Positions 24,596 through 33,982 are shown, counted from the stretch's first letter. The stretch is DNA of 41,766 nucleotides from an uncultured Candidatus Saccharibacteria bacterium (GCA_964560655.1 CAZLLR010000002.1:1-41766); one strand, 5' to 3'. A program made the numbers and translations. The notes: generated by a model not told the origin, from the letters alone.

Positions 24596-25516
24596 TCAGA
24601 AGGCTAAGACCATTAAACCTATACCTATTAAAAATACTGCGACAACTTTCTGTAAAAAACATTTCCAATGATGAACTTCTTCTTTTATCGCGCCGGGTGA
24701 TACTCTGACAACAGCCCCGGCTATTATAAGAATCGCCACATATTGGATACCTTGCAAAGCATTTACTAAAGTGACACTACCAAGAGATATAGCATAATTT
24801 AAAAGCAAGAAACCTATACCAGCCAAAAGCTTATTGAAGATAAATAAGCTCCCTCCTTTTGCTCCAACGTTCTTCGTGGTGTGAAAAATTGCCCTTCTAA
24901 AGCCCTTAGGGATTATAAGAAGAAATGCGGCAAGAAAACTTCCTACTCTAGTCCAAACAAAAGTCGAAACAAATGGCTGATTTGAAAAAACAAATTTCGT
25001 TAATACATAAAAGATGGCGAACAAAAGAGCCGCCAGGATTGAAATCTCAATCTTCTTCCAAGTGTATTTCTTAAATGCCGAATCATTATGGAGGTGATGC
25101 TCTTTTCTCCTGGCTAAGATGAGGATCCCTCCTGCAAAGAGAAGAAAAAAAGCTATCACCTGATGCCAAAATAATCTCTCTCCTAAAAATAAGAAAGAAA
25201 GCAAAAATACAAAAATAGGAATAAAAGCGCCAACGATAGGAGCAATACGAGACACCTCATCTTTACTCAGAGCGATAAAGAATGCCAGAAGTGCACAGAG
25301 AAAAACTAATCCGACAAGGAAGCTCAAGAAAAGCTGCCCTAAACCGGGCCATACTAAACTAAAAGGAGCAAAGGCTAAGGCAAATATACTAAAGAGACCC
25401 ACATAAAATGTGTAGGCTATCGGGTTCGGAATATTCTTATCCAAAAGGAGTTTATCAATAACCGAATTAACGGCATTTATTATATAAGCTACAAAAGCAA
25501 CGAAAACCCAAGTCAT
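24596..25516 (-). CDS. EamA/DMT-superfamily membrane transporter
   Basis: The ORF track gives 24596..25558. The probable start is MTWVFVAFVAYIINAVN (25516). There are about 9-10 TM helices with two-fold internal EamA-like symmetry. Confidence 0.6.
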   Translation of the reverse strand: MTWVFVAFVAYIINAVNSVIDKLLLDKNIPNPIAYTFYVGLFSIFALAFAPFSLVWPGLGQLFLSFLVGLVFLCALLAFFIALSKDEVSRIAPIVGAFIPIFVFLLSFLFLGERLFWHQVIAFFLLFAGGILILARRKEHHLHNDSAFKKYTWKKIEISILAALLFAIFYVLTKFVFSNQPFVSTFVWTRVGSFLAAFLLIIPKGFRRAIFHTTKNVGAKGGSLFIFNKLLAGIGFLLLNYAISLGSVTLVNALQGIQYVAILIIAGAVVRVSPGAIKEEVHHWKCFLQKVVAVFLIGIGLMVLAF

Positions 25517-25554
25517 ATTTATATCATTATACCTTAATTCAAAATCTAGGTAAA

Positions 25555-25584
25555 ACAAAAGGCGAGATTTTTAAAAATCCCGCC
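25555..25584 (-). terminator. rho-independent terminator after ORF 25597..26040
   Basis: On the minus strand: GGCGGGATTTttaaAAATCTCGCC followed by ttttgtttt. Confidence 0.6.
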
Positions 25585-25596
25585 TCCGAAAAACTG

Positions 25597-26040
25597 TTAG
25601 TAAAGCTTTATATCACCATGGACATAGCCAGCAATACTTAGCTCTACTTCCTTATCGGCCACTATAAAAAAGTGGCAATCTTCAGGGCCCATCCTCATAG
25701 AGAAAGGTCCGCCAGAAACATGTCTAGTCGCGGAAGAAACTTTACAAACTCCAAATCTCTTACTCCAGAATCCAACATGAAACTCTATATCCTCCGTTGA
25801 TATACCCCTATCAATAATAGTAGGTCTGAGAACTATATACTTCTTCCATGTAAAATACTTTATGAGCCAATTTATTGGCCCGAACATGAAAGATTGTGAT
25901 GGGCTCAAAATTTGATCTCCTTTCCCTAAGACAAGGTCTGACCAAAAACCAAAGTCCTTGTCGAGCACATCATCATGGTAAGAGCCTTCTCTATATACCA
26001 CATCCCTCCACCACTGCAAAAAAATCGTCTTCATTTGCAA
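25597..26040 (-). CDS. hypothetical soluble protein, no recognisable family
   Basis: ORF of 147 aa, Trp/Phe-rich, with no TM helix or signal peptide. It has its own terminator and lies between GH1 and the DMT transporter. Confidence 0.5.
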   Translation of the reverse strand: MQMKTIFLQWWRDVVYREGSYHDDVLDKDFGFWSDLVLGKGDQILSPSQSFMFGPINWLIKYFTWKKYIVLRPTIIDRGISTEDIEFHVGFWSKRFGVCKVSSATRHVSGGPFSMRMGPEDCHFFIVADKEVELSIAGYVHGDIKLY

Positions 26041-26111
26041 TCCTCCCTTTTTATTATTTTAAAGAATTTTTATCTTTTTAAATTATATCACGATTATATT
26101 AGACAGTCAAA

Positions 26112-27359
26112 TCAAATCTCAACCTCATTAGCTTCACAGGTTTTTGCATACTCATACGCGCTTGGGCGGATTTTTCTCTCGAGTGTCTTATAATCTATCT
26201 CCACGAGTCCAAACCTCGGCCAGAAGCCTTTGTCCCACTCGAAGTTATCAAGTAAAGACCAGTAAAGATACCCTCTAACATCCAGCCCTTCTTCTGTCGC
26301 CATGGCAATACTCTTGATATTTTCCTCTATAAACCATGCTCTGTATTTATCTCCCCTGTCAGCTAAACCATTCTCCGTTATATAGACTGGCTTATGATAC
26401 TTCTTTATATCTAATAATCCATAATACAAAGCACTTGGGTAAAGCTCCCAACCCATATCAGACAATCTCTCATCATCATTTTTATTAAAGCCGTAATTTA
26501 TCCTGTTGTGGTGATAATTGTTAAGACCAATAAAATCTTGATATTCATCTATGAAACTGAAGAAGGAGAAGTTCCACACCCAGTCAACTATTTTTTTAAG
26601 TAATTTATTTATATATCTTCCTTTATATGCTTCAAAATAAACATTATGTTTGGATATGCCAACTTGAGCTTCTCTGTTTGTTTCTTTGATTACATTAAAA
26701 GCTCTCTTGTGGGCTTTAACCAAGTTCCAAAATACTAAAATAAAATATATAGGATTCCTCTTTTGAGGAGGCCAGGCACCCTTCAAGTAAGAATGAGTAG
26801 CATAAACCAGTGGCTCATTAAGAGTAATCCAGAACTTTACATCATCTCCAAAAGCCTCAGCCATCTTCTTTGTATATCTATCAAAATAATCCACCACTTC
26901 TCCAGAGCGCCAACCTCCTTTATCTTTAAGCCATACTGGAATAGGCCAATGCCAAAGAGTAACAAATGGCTCAATATTACGGGAGAGTAAGGCCTTTACT
27001 ACATTTTTATAATGCTCTATCTCTTTATCATCAAACCTTCCTTCTTCTGGCTCTATGCGTGACCATTCTATAGAGAGACGGAAAGAGTTTTGCCCAAGAG
27101 ACTTCACTATGTCAAAGTCTTCTTCGTATCTGTTGTAATGATCGCAAGCTCTACCGGAGATATAGTTCTCCGGATTCTCCGCTTCATCTTTTATACTCTC
27201 CCATATAGGCAAATGACCGAAACTCTTCTTGGCTTTTTTGGCTAGTCTCTCAGCGTTCTTCTTCTCCCAGAGGGACCAATCATTCACATTACCACCTTCT
27301 ACCTGATGACTTGCTGTCGCACTCCCCCATAAGAATCCTTCTGGAAATTTAAATTTCAT
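26112..27359 (-). CDS. GH1 beta-glucosidase/beta-galactosidase
   Basis: ORF of 415 aa. FPEGFLWGSATASHQVEGG, acid/base TLNEP, nucleophile ITENG, and WSLLDNFEW. Confidence 0.92.
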   Translation of the reverse strand: MKFKFPEGFLWGSATASHQVEGGNVNDWSLWEKKNAERLAKKAKKSFGHLPIWESIKDEAENPENYISGRACDHYNRYEEDFDIVKSLGQNSFRLSIEWSRIEPEEGRFDDKEIEHYKNVVKALLSRNIEPFVTLWHWPIPVWLKDKGGWRSGEVVDYFDRYTKKMAEAFGDDVKFWITLNEPLVYATHSYLKGAWPPQKRNPIYFILVFWNLVKAHKRAFNVIKETNREAQVGISKHNVYFEAYKGRYINKLLKKIVDWVWNFSFFSFIDEYQDFIGLNNYHHNRINYGFNKNDDERLSDMGWELYPSALYYGLLDIKKYHKPVYITENGLADRGDKYRAWFIEENIKSIAMATEEGLDVRGYLYWSLLDNFEWDKGFWPRFGLVEIDYKTLERKIRPSAYEYAKTCEANEVEI

Positions 27360-27433
27360 ATTATTATAAGAAAAATTTAAGAGTTATTTTCTGTAGGATG
27401 CCCCTCTATGGCCGTCCTTAAAGAAAATATACT

Positions 27434-30400
27434 CTAAAAATTTTCTGTTACAATTATTATCGTAAATTCTAAACTATCCAACTTTAACACTTCTCCGTTT
27501 TCCAAATCTTTAAACTCGACGGCACGAGCATTAACTATCTTTTTAAATTCACTCTCAAATTTCTTTACCAAATTTTCTCCTGAAGAATTAGTCTTCACAG
27601 ATACAGATATTTTATCATCTGGAGTTAGTCCAGCCTTTTTCCTTAAGTTTTGGACGAACCTTACTATATCCCTAAATTGCCCTTCAGCTATAAGCTCTGG
27701 ATTTAATTCTAGATCTAATTTTACATCATTCTTAATGCTAGAGCTAAAGATAATATCTTTAACATTTACCTCATCTTTTACAAGCTCAAGTAAACCATCT
27801 TTTCCCTTTAGCTTTTCATTTTTAACAGTCAGTTTCTGCAAAGGTTGTCTTACTTTCACCCCCGCTTCTGCACGCGCCTCAAGCCCAAGAGAGACAATCT
27901 TTCGTATCTCTTTCATATCGTATAGAATATCAGCATCTTTCGAAGATTTATCCATACCAAATGCCTCGAGCACTTTCTTTACTAAAGAATCTTTAGCAGG
28001 CCACTCATCTAAATGAACGCTCTCTTTGTTGCCACCTAGTAATTTATATAGTCTATCTGATATAAACGGCATAAAAGGCGCTATAACTTTAGAAAACTCC
28101 AACAATACAAACCTTGTAGTATAAATAGCGCTATCCTTGTTTTCTCCTTGGTCTTTAAACCTATCTCTTGAGCGTCTAATATACCAAGTAGAAAGATCAT
28201 CTACAAAATTAATAATGGGTCTTGTTGCTTTATCTAATTCATACTTCTCAAGACTTAACGTTACTTCTTGTGTTAATTCATTAAGTCTAGAAATAATCCA
28301 CTTATCTAAAACATTTGTATTTTTATCAATTTTATTTATCATCTCACTTTGGATAGTTTTTTTAAGATGACTCCCTGAGTCCGCATACATGTCATAGAAA
28401 CTATAAACATTCCACATTCGTAAAATTACTTTCTTATATATTTCATCAACTCCTTTTTCTGAAAAATTAAGACTTTCTGCGCGTACCACAGGTGAAGATA
28501 AAAGATAAAGTCGAAGTGCGTCAGCACCATGCTTATGGATAATCTCTACAGGGTCAACATAGTTCTTAAGACGCTTGCTCATTTTTTGACCATCTTCCGC
28601 TAAGATTATCCCGTTTACAATCACATTTTTATAAGCAGGCTTATCAAAGAGAGCCGTAGACAAAACAAGCAGTGTATAAAACCAACCACGCGTCTGATCT
28701 AATCCTTCCGCTATAAACTCTGCTGGGAGATTTTTCTCCACCTCTTCCTTATTCTCAAAAGGATAATGTGCTTGCCCGTAAGGCATAGAGCCAGATTCAA
28801 ACCAACAATCAAACACATGGACAACTCGCTTCATCTTCCCTCCGCAAGGGCAATCAAATGCGACATTGTCTATATAAGGTCTATGCAAATCAACTTCATA
28901 ATTCTCATTATGAGGAAGTGGTGAAAAAGAAAGATTTATCACCTCCCCTGTCTCTATATAATCATCTCCTTTTTCCTCCTTCATTTTTACCGACTTTTCC
29001 ACATCTGAACCAAGCGCACCAGCAAATAAAAGCCATAGGGGGTATTCGTGACTTATTATCAAGATATTCTTACCTTGATATTTCTCTTCAATATCATACA
29101 AGAACTCTGACATTCTATTTTTAAGTTCAATCAAATTCTCTCCTTCAGGTGGAGCCTTTATGAATTTTTCTTCCATAGAAGAAAAGAATTCATGATAATC
29201 ACTTGGTTTCTTTCCATCAAAAGTTCCGGTGTTTAATTCTCTAATACGCTTATCAAAAATTATTTTTTCTTTATCATATCCTATTTCATTTGCTACAATC
29301 TCAGCCGTCTCGCGTGTCCTTACAAAGTCAGAAGAAAAGATAATGTCGATATTTTTATTTTTTATTTGTTGAGCGACTTCTTTCACCTCAACTCTCCCTT
29401 TCTCTGTAAGATGATGTGGGTTATCTACCTTAGAGCTTATGATATTTTTTTTATTATGTTCTGAGTCGCCATGACGCATTGCAAAATATTTATTGCCAGA
29501 TGTTTTAACATTCCTCCTAATATCTTCTACTGAACCTATAACCTTCAAATCATCGCACTTCTCACACTTCCACACAGGAAGTGACGCTCCCCAAAAACGA
29601 GTCCGAGATATTGCCCAATCCCTAGCACCTTCTAACCATTTACCAAAACGCCCTCCTTTTATATGAGCTGGCACCCAATCAATCTTCTCGTTATTTTTGA
29701 GAAGTTTATCTTTTATAGCTGTAACCCTGAGAAACCAAGAAGAAGATGCGTAGTTTAATAAAGGAGTATCACATCTCCAACAATGCGGATAAGAGTGAAT
29801 TATTTTTTTCTTAGCATATAGATTACCCCTGTGAGCCAAATATTTTATTATCTCAATATCAGCTTCTTGATGATTCTCCTTCGGTTTTACAAACTTACCG
29901 GCAAAGTCCTTCACTTCACTCTTAAATCTCCCGTCTCCTGTGACATGTTGGACAAAAGGAAGCGCGTATTCTAGCGAGGTATTCATATCATCCTCTCCAA
30001 AGGCGGGCGCTATATGCACTATTCCAGTCCCCTCGTCTGTTGTTACAAAGTCCGCAGAATAAATTTTCCATCCATTTTCTCTATTCTCCAAATCTTCTTT
30101 CTCCGAGTAATAATCAAAAAGTGGTTTGTAACTTTTACCAGCTAAGGCAAAACCTTTGAAAGTTTCTACTATCTTATTCTCTCCCTCTATCTCACCAAGG
30201 CGTTCTTTTGCTAGGATCAATTTCTCACCGTCTTTCTCAATCTTCACATATTCAACATCAGGGTTCACCGCTAAGGCAACGTTACCGGGCAGTGTCCATG
30301 GGGTAGTCGTCCAAGCAAGAATGAAGGTTCCTGGTTCTTCAGTAATTTCGAATTTAGCCGTCACTGAAATATCAGTAATATCCTTATACCCTTGAGATAC

Positions 30401-31012
30401 TTCAAAGTTTGCAAGAGTCGTCTCACAACGCGGACAAAGATGCATCGGCTTGTATCCTTCATACATAAGCCCTTTGTCGTAGAGTGTTTTAAAGACCCAC
30501 CATACAGACTCCATATAGTCGGCCCCCATGGTCTTATAACTAGCCTCCATATCAACGAAGCGACCCATCCTAGGAATTATTTTTTTCCATTCGTCTGTAT
30601 CACGGACTACCACATTTTTTGCGGCACTATTAAACTTATCCAGACCTAAATCTTCGATGTCTTTCTTTGCCTTAAGTCCGAGTTCTTTCTCAACTACATT
30701 TTCAACTGGGAGACCGTGGCAATCCCAACCCCAACGACGAGGAACCCGATATCCTCGCATCGTCTTATAACGTGGAATAGCGTCTTTGATAGTGCTAGCT
30801 AAGATATGTCCATAATGAGGTGGCCCATTAGCAAAGGGTGGTCCATCATAGAAAATAAATTCACCTAAAGGGGCGTCCTTTTCAATAGATTTCTTGAAAA
30901 TATTATTATCTTGCCAAAACTTCAATATATCCCTTTCTGCCTCAGCTGGACTTTTGTCTTTTAGATTATCATCCATTCTTAAGATAATACTATTATAAAC
31001 ACTAAAATTCAA
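27434..31012 (-). CDS. ileS: isoleucine--tRNA ligase with an inserted histidine-phosphatase (PGAM-like) domain
   Basis: ORF of 1192 aa. The probable start is MDDNLKDK at 30976. The HIGH motif is PHYGH. Also present: editing-domain TTPWTLPGN, WAISRTRFWG and KMSKR. About 200 aa at nt 28901..29512 read YFAMRHGDSEHN...SSDFVRTRETAE...RELNTGTFDG...IISHE. Confidence 0.9.
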   Translation of the reverse strand: MNFSVYNSIILRMDDNLKDKSPAEAERDILKFWQDNNIFKKSIEKDAPLGEFIFYDGPPFANGPPHYGHILASTIKDAIPRYKTMRGYRVPRRWGWDCHGLPVENVVEKELGLKAKKDIEDLGLDKFNSAAKNVVVRDTDEWKKIIPRMGRFVDMEASYKTMGADYMESVWWVFKTLYDKGLMYEGYKPMHLCPRCETTLANFEVSQGYKDITDISVTAKFEITEEPGTFILAWTTTPWTLPGNVALAVNPDVEYVKIEKDGEKLILAKERLGEIEGENKIVETFKGFALAGKSYKPLFDYYSEKEDLENRENGWKIYSADFVTTDEGTGIVHIAPAFGEDDMNTSLEYALPFVQHVTGDGRFKSEVKDFAGKFVKPKENHQEADIEIIKYLAHRGNLYAKKKIIHSYPHCWRCDTPLLNYASSSWFLRVTAIKDKLLKNNEKIDWVPAHIKGGRFGKWLEGARDWAISRTRFWGASLPVWKCEKCDDLKVIGSVEDIRRNVKTSGNKYFAMRHGDSEHNKKNIISSKVDNPHHLTEKGRVEVKEVAQQIKNKNIDIIFSSDFVRTRETAEIVANEIGYDKEKIIFDKRIRELNTGTFDGKKPSDYHEFFSSMEEKFIKAPPEGENLIELKNRMSEFLYDIEEKYQGKNILIISHEYPLWLLFAGALGSDVEKSVKMKEEKGDDYIETGEVINLSFSPLPHNENYEVDLHRPYIDNVAFDCPCGGKMKRVVHVFDCWFESGSMPYGQAHYPFENKEEVEKNLPAEFIAEGLDQTRGWFYTLLVLSTALFDKPAYKNVIVNGIILAEDGQKMSKRLKNYVDPVEIIHKHGADALRLYLLSSPVVRAESLNFSEKGVDEIYKKVILRMWNVYSFYDMYADSGSHLKKTIQSEMINKIDKNTNVLDKWIISRLNELTQEVTLSLEKYELDKATRPIINFVDDLSTWYIRRSRDRFKDQGENKDSAIYTTRFVLLEFSKVIAPFMPFISDRLYKLLGGNKESVHLDEWPAKDSLVKKVLEAFGMDKSSKDADILYDMKEIRKIVSLGLEARAEAGVKVRQPLQKLTVKNEKLKGKDGLLELVKDEVNVKDIIFSSSIKNDVKLDLELNPELIAEGQFRDIVRFVQNLRKKAGLTPDDKISVSVKTNSSGENLVKKFESEFKKIVNARAVEFKDLENGEVLKLDSLEFTIIIVTENF

Positions 31013-31017
31013 ATATT

Positions 31018-31060
31018 AAAAAGAAAAACCCCCAGAAACCACTTACGCGATTTCTGGGGG
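31018..31060 (-). terminator. rho-independent terminator overlapping the end of the ThyA-like gene
   Basis: On the minus strand: CCCCCAGAAA tcgcgtaagtgg TTTCTGGGGG tttttcttttt. The 5' arm encodes the final PPEI residues. Confidence 0.8.
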
Positions 31061-32446
31061 TTTGGTTGATAAAAGAATTTCTGCTTTTTGTAGTTCTCTA
31101 CCTACATAAAGAGCATTCTGAGAATCAGAGATAAAGAAAGAAACTTCTTTACTAAGTTTCTCAGCCTTATCTCCATAAAATATCTGGAGAAGCTCTCCTC
31201 CAGGAGAAAAATGTCTTACAACTATTTTCTCTTTTTCTACCCTAATCTCAAAATTACCTTTTGAGTCAGGATAAAATTTCCCTGGGCGAACTTTACTTAA
31301 GAGGCTATCTATTTTTACCCAATCTCTCTCATAAACATGTGCCGAACCAGAGGTGATAGAAAGTTCTCCTAGCTGAATTCCAGGTTTTCCAAGACTTACC
31401 CTTACCTCTTCTAAAAGCTTGGCTTGAAAATAACGCAGAGCAGCTACATTTAACGGCCACCCTCCGAACATATCATTAGTCCTGATATAAGCCCACTGGT
31501 GTAAAGCTCCCCCAGTAAGCCTTAAGTGGATGGTTACTATACAAGGAGGATCCTCCATATTAACGGACCCTCCATATACATAAGGAGCCCATAAAGAGAT
31601 AATGGCGCGAAATGTCTCATTCTTCTTTTTAAGCGCGTCAACTATTATCTTTATTTGATTACCAAACCCATGACGGATAATGTGACCATAACGATAAGAA
31701 AGGTCTTCTGGCTCATCACCCATCCAGAAAGCCTCCCAGTATTCTTTTATATACCCACCATCATATTCAGGATGAGGGATAGAATCAAAATCATAAGGAT
31801 CCTGCCCAGTTATTACCATCGTAAGCTGCCATAATTCCTGCCTTCTATGCCCCTCTGAATCTGCACCTGTGATGTGTCCAAAGAGGCGAATTTCTTTCAG
31901 AAGTTTATGATACCCCTCCTTAATTGTCCTAGCTCTTATTAAATGCCCAGAAAAAGAAGAAGGGAAGATCTCATTTTTTGGCTCAGGTAATGAAACAAAT
32001 ATAGGTTTTAATTTATCTCCACCTTTCAAAGCTTCTTTGAAGCTCCCCTCATCAATTTTTCCTCTTATATCCATAGGATTTGAAAAGATGATTTTTACTT
32101 GAAGGAGAAACCTATCAATATGCTCCTTTTTTAGAGATATTTTTTCATAGAGAGACTCATCAGATAAAAGACTGGAGATAGCTACTTTTGATTTACCTAA
32201 CTCTGTTCCGCTAACTATCAAGTATCTTAAAGTTGGATTTGAAAGATAATTTCTTATCAATATCCCTAGACCATATACAGAATAAAGGTTACCAACAACA
32301 GCGACTTTATCCATCAAGTTCGCTAAATATTTCTTTGCAAAGGTCTCTCGTGGAGACCACAGGGTACAAACTCCGATATCGGCTTCAAGATTGCCTATCA
32401 CGAGTTCCTTCTTTGAAAAGACCGGCCAATCTTTTTTCATCTTCAT
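31043..32446 (-). CDS. thymidylate-synthase (ThyA-fold) protein with an MtrA-like N-terminal domain and an extra C-terminal domain
   Basis: ORF of 467 aa. The ThyA core is at about aa 165-385: FRAIISLWAP, nucleophile PPC, IRTNDMFGGWPLN, GSAHVYERD. The N-terminal roughly 160 aa (DIGVCTLWS...KVAVVGNLYSVYGLGILIRNYLSNPTLRYLIVSGTELGKS) resemble the MtrA family. The C-terminal roughly 75 aa end in NALYVGRELQKAEILL. Confidence 0.7.
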   Translation of the reverse strand: MKMKKDWPVFSKKELVIGNLEADIGVCTLWSPRETFAKKYLANLMDKVAVVGNLYSVYGLGILIRNYLSNPTLRYLIVSGTELGKSKVAISSLLSDESLYEKISLKKEHIDRFLLQVKIIFSNPMDIRGKIDEGSFKEALKGGDKLKPIFVSLPEPKNEIFPSSFSGHLIRARTIKEGYHKLLKEIRLFGHITGADSEGHRRQELWQLTMVITGQDPYDFDSIPHPEYDGGYIKEYWEAFWMGDEPEDLSYRYGHIIRHGFGNQIKIIVDALKKKNETFRAIISLWAPYVYGGSVNMEDPPCIVTIHLRLTGGALHQWAYIRTNDMFGGWPLNVAALRYFQAKLLEEVRVSLGKPGIQLGELSITSGSAHVYERDWVKIDSLLSKVRPGKFYPDSKGNFEIRVEKEKIVVRHFSPGGELLQIFYGDKAEKLSKEVSFFISDSQNALYVGRELQKAEILLSTKPPEIA

Positions 32447-32462
32447 TTACCTCCATTCCAAA

Positions 32463-33065
32463 TTAAAGTTTAAATTTATAGTTAGTTCTATCTCCAACTT
32501 CATAGGCCATATACTTAGCTATCTCCATTATCCTTTTAGGAGTTAACTGGATAAAACTTAACGAGATACCAGCCTCGAGAAGTTTTCTCTCGCTAGCCCT
32601 CTTCTCATCAATAGTTAAGGCGGTATTTTCAAGATAACCTTTCCAAACCTTAACAGCATACACCTTATTCGTGACTAACATATCCTGAGTACACTTTGGA
32701 CAAGGCATATTGGTCAGATAGATGATAGAATCTTTAACCCCGTCAGGAAAACAAGGGGCATGAGCATTAGTTTCCGCATGAACAGCCTGGCAATACATTT
32801 TAAACCTTTCTTTCATCGACTCTATATTGCCACCGTTTTTCTCCACTTCTTCGGTTGCTAAATACTCATAGTAACAGTACCCTAGTTCTCTGCAGCTTTT
32901 TATGTCTCTTGCTGCTCCATTATATCCAGAGCCAACTATTCTATGGTCTTTAACAATTAAACAGCCAACTCCTCTTTTTAAGCAAGAGTGCCGCGTACCA
33001 CAACTTATAGCCTGAAACATAAAGATTTCATCCCAGCTTGGCCTATTTTTCATATCAACCTCCAT
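32463..33065 (-). CDS. dCMP deaminase (cytidine/deoxycytidylate deaminase family)
   Basis: ORF of 200 aa, with an alternative start at 33053. The zinc motifs are HAETNA and PCPKC. It has the WDEIFM N-terminal block typical of ComEB/dCMP deaminases. Confidence 0.8.
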   Translation of the reverse strand: MEVDMKNRPSWDEIFMFQAISCGTRHSCLKRGVGCLIVKDHRIVGSGYNGAARDIKSCRELGYCYYEYLATEEVEKNGGNIESMKERFKMYCQAVHAETNAHAPCFPDGVKDSIIYLTNMPCPKCTQDMLVTNKVYAVKVWKGYLENTALTIDEKRASERKLLEAGISLSFIQLTPKRIMEIAKYMAYEVGDRTNYKFKL

Positions 33066-33223
33066 AAAATTGATTATTTTTATGTTAAAAAACCTTTTAG
33101 CCTGTTATGACAAACTATTTATTCTATCTACATTCTTACCGCAAAGAAGGTTCCTAGTCAAACTAGACAAATCTGTATTTTATTACATATTTAAATATCT
33201 CCGAAGGGTTGCTTTTGAGAGTT

Positions 33224-33907
33224 TTACTCTAAGACGAAAATTTTCTCTGTGCCATAATAATCTTCCCAATTGTTGTTATAGTGTTCAAACATTCGCGCGA
33301 GTCTTCCTTGGTCAAGTTCCTGAGCCTCCATTCTCTCCATAAGCTCATATATCTTTTTCTTAGCACTTTCGACTTCATTAGTGTCTTGAAGCACAGCTTC
33401 AAATTCTGCCAAGTAACCGTATCCGGCATTCTTATCCAAGCAAATATTTATATCATCAACCTTATACTCTTCCCTCTCCCTAGACCACTTAGCCTGATAA
33501 GAAAATCCAGAGTCAAACAATACCTGATCGAGCTCACTAATACTCAAGTGAGGCATCTTATGTTCAAACTCAAGTCTAGAGATCCCGTTGTCACTTGTAG
33601 TATCATCTATAGAGGACTTTATAACGAAGATTAGATCCTCGTCAGCCAGTCGCACCCTTATAGAATGATTTTTCCCATCAACAATAATTTTTCTCAGGTT
33701 CTCATGTTTCTCTTGTGAAATATACTCTAAAATATTCTTATAGAGTAGATTAATATCACCATCTATAAAATAATGATTGATCTGCTTATGCCGAGAGATA
33801 AATTCTGTGTTTGGATTAATTTCAAGCATCTTCTCTCTAAAAGCTTGAGCCTGAGACTCATCGCCTAAGAGACTTTTTATCTCTATCTCGTATTGTTGTG
33901 TAGACAT
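33224..33907 (-). CDS. CYTH-domain protein (triphosphate tunnel metalloenzyme / class IV adenylate cyclase-like)
   Basis: ORF of 227 aa. It has an ExExK signature at the N-terminus (YEIEIKSLL) and alternating charged beta-strands (IRVRL, FEHK, REREEYKV). Confidence 0.6.
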   Translation of the reverse strand: MSTQQYEIEIKSLLGDESQAQAFREKMLEINPNTEFISRHKQINHYFIDGDINLLYKNILEYISQEKHENLRKIIVDGKNHSIRVRLADEDLIFVIKSSIDDTTSDNGISRLEFEHKMPHLSISELDQVLFDSGFSYQAKWSREREEYKVDDINICLDKNAGYGYLAEFEAVLQDTNEVESAKKKIYELMERMEAQELDQGRLARMFEHYNNNWEDYYGTEKIFVLE

Positions 33908-33934
33908 ATTACTATTATATCACATTTTTAAACT

Positions 33935-33966
33935 AAAAATCCCAACCCGCCTAAGCGAATTGGGAG
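33935..33966 (-). terminator. rho-independent terminator directly after rplK
   Basis: On the minus strand: CTCCCAA ttcgcttaggcgg gTTGGGA ttttt, 17 nt after the rplK stop. Confidence 0.6.
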
Positions 33967-33982
33967 CTTTATAAATAATAGA

